Shown: piece after piece, positions 63,440 to 64,000 of the stretch
How the letters are laid out: each line of letters starts with the position of its first letter
How positions within the stretch are numbered: position 1 is the stretch's first letter
Source: Camelus dromedarius
Taxonomy: Eukaryota
Direction: 5' to 3'
NCBI RefSeq assembly: GCF_036321535.1
Contig: NC_087436.1
Coordinates: 43,898,001 to 43,962,000 of the forward strand
Length of the DNA: 64,000 nt
Notes under the pieces: generated by a model
Seen by the model: the letters and a program-made list of their open reading frames with translations, nothing else
The model's database searches: none
Told to the model about the DNA's origin: nothing
Program-made: the position numbers and the translations under genes

Positions 63440-64000
63440 GCCGTTCTCTCGACTCCTATCTTATTCTCACTACACATCCTACAGTCGACAAAGTCTGCCA
63501 GCTTCTCTTCATAAACATGGTCTCTGCTCTCTCATTGTCTCCTGTTGCAGCCTGTACAGGGTCCTCTCCACCTCCAGTTAGGACCGTTAGCCTCTACACT
63601 GGTTTTTCTGCTACCTGTCTCTTTCCCTGTTCCCATAGTCTGCCCTTCATGCACTGCCAAATAGCTTCTTAAAAGCAGAACTAACTGTGTCACTTCTCTA
63701 CTTTAAAATGTCTGTCGGCTTGCTGTTGCCTGTAGGATGAAGTCCAAGCATCTGAACTTAGCATGGAGGGTCCAACCTGCCATCCCCAGCTGTACCGGCA
63801 ATGCAACACAGTTTCTGCCCTGGAGCACTTGCCCTTGGTATCCTGGAATAGGGTCCCCAGCTCTTTGTTTTTGACTGTGGCAGAGCTTGGCATGAGGCTC
63901 TGTCATACATCAGTTACTTTACTATCTCCCAAGAGACTATGACTCCTGAGGGTGGCCAGTGTCTCACAGGTTGTCTTTCAAATCTCCAGCACACTGCTGG
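63440..64000 (+). mobile_element. L2 fragment
   Basis: ttattctcactacacatcctacagtc...ttgcctgtaggatgaagtccaa...agactatgactcctgagggtgg. Confidence 0.65.

Larger units (their letters stand above)
26170..64000 (-). other. ALPK1: Probable long ALPK1 5'-UTR intron; promoter and non-coding exons not identified
   Basis: The start-codon exon has a splice acceptor, so upstream exons must exist. No large CpG island or other gene is visible here, and the human gene is recalled to have a long intron at this position. Confidence 0.55.

Noticed and set aside
26170..64000. Specific upstream non-coding ALPK1 exons or promoter
   Set aside because: Short UTR exons cannot be called reliably without transcript data, and no full CpG island is present.

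Overview
Mammalian, AT-rich and repeat-rich genomic DNA, most likely from a camelid. This is inferred from tRNA-Ala-like Vic-1-type SINEs and camelid-type L1 3' ends, with no Alu, B1/B2 or Bov-tA/BovB seen. The window holds part of ALPK1 (alpha-kinase 1, the cytosolic ADP-heptose sensor upstream of TIFA/NF-kB) on the minus strand. Two coding exons are present, 26058-25938 (121 nt, start codon) and 21639-21485 (155 nt), and they splice in frame to give residues 1-92. The rest is intronic and mostly transposon fossils: L1, L2, MIR, MaLR/ERVL LTRs, an ERVL pol remnant and hAT/Tigger DNA elements. I found no prokaryotic-type system, CRISPR array or new protein-coding gene. The best lead is the 5' end of the start-codon exon, where two tandem AG|GT splice acceptors bracket a 5-codon uORF and the inner one could also act as a donor. 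Repeat subfamily names come from recalled consensus sequences, and repeat boundaries are approximate unless target-site duplications (TSDs) are quoted.
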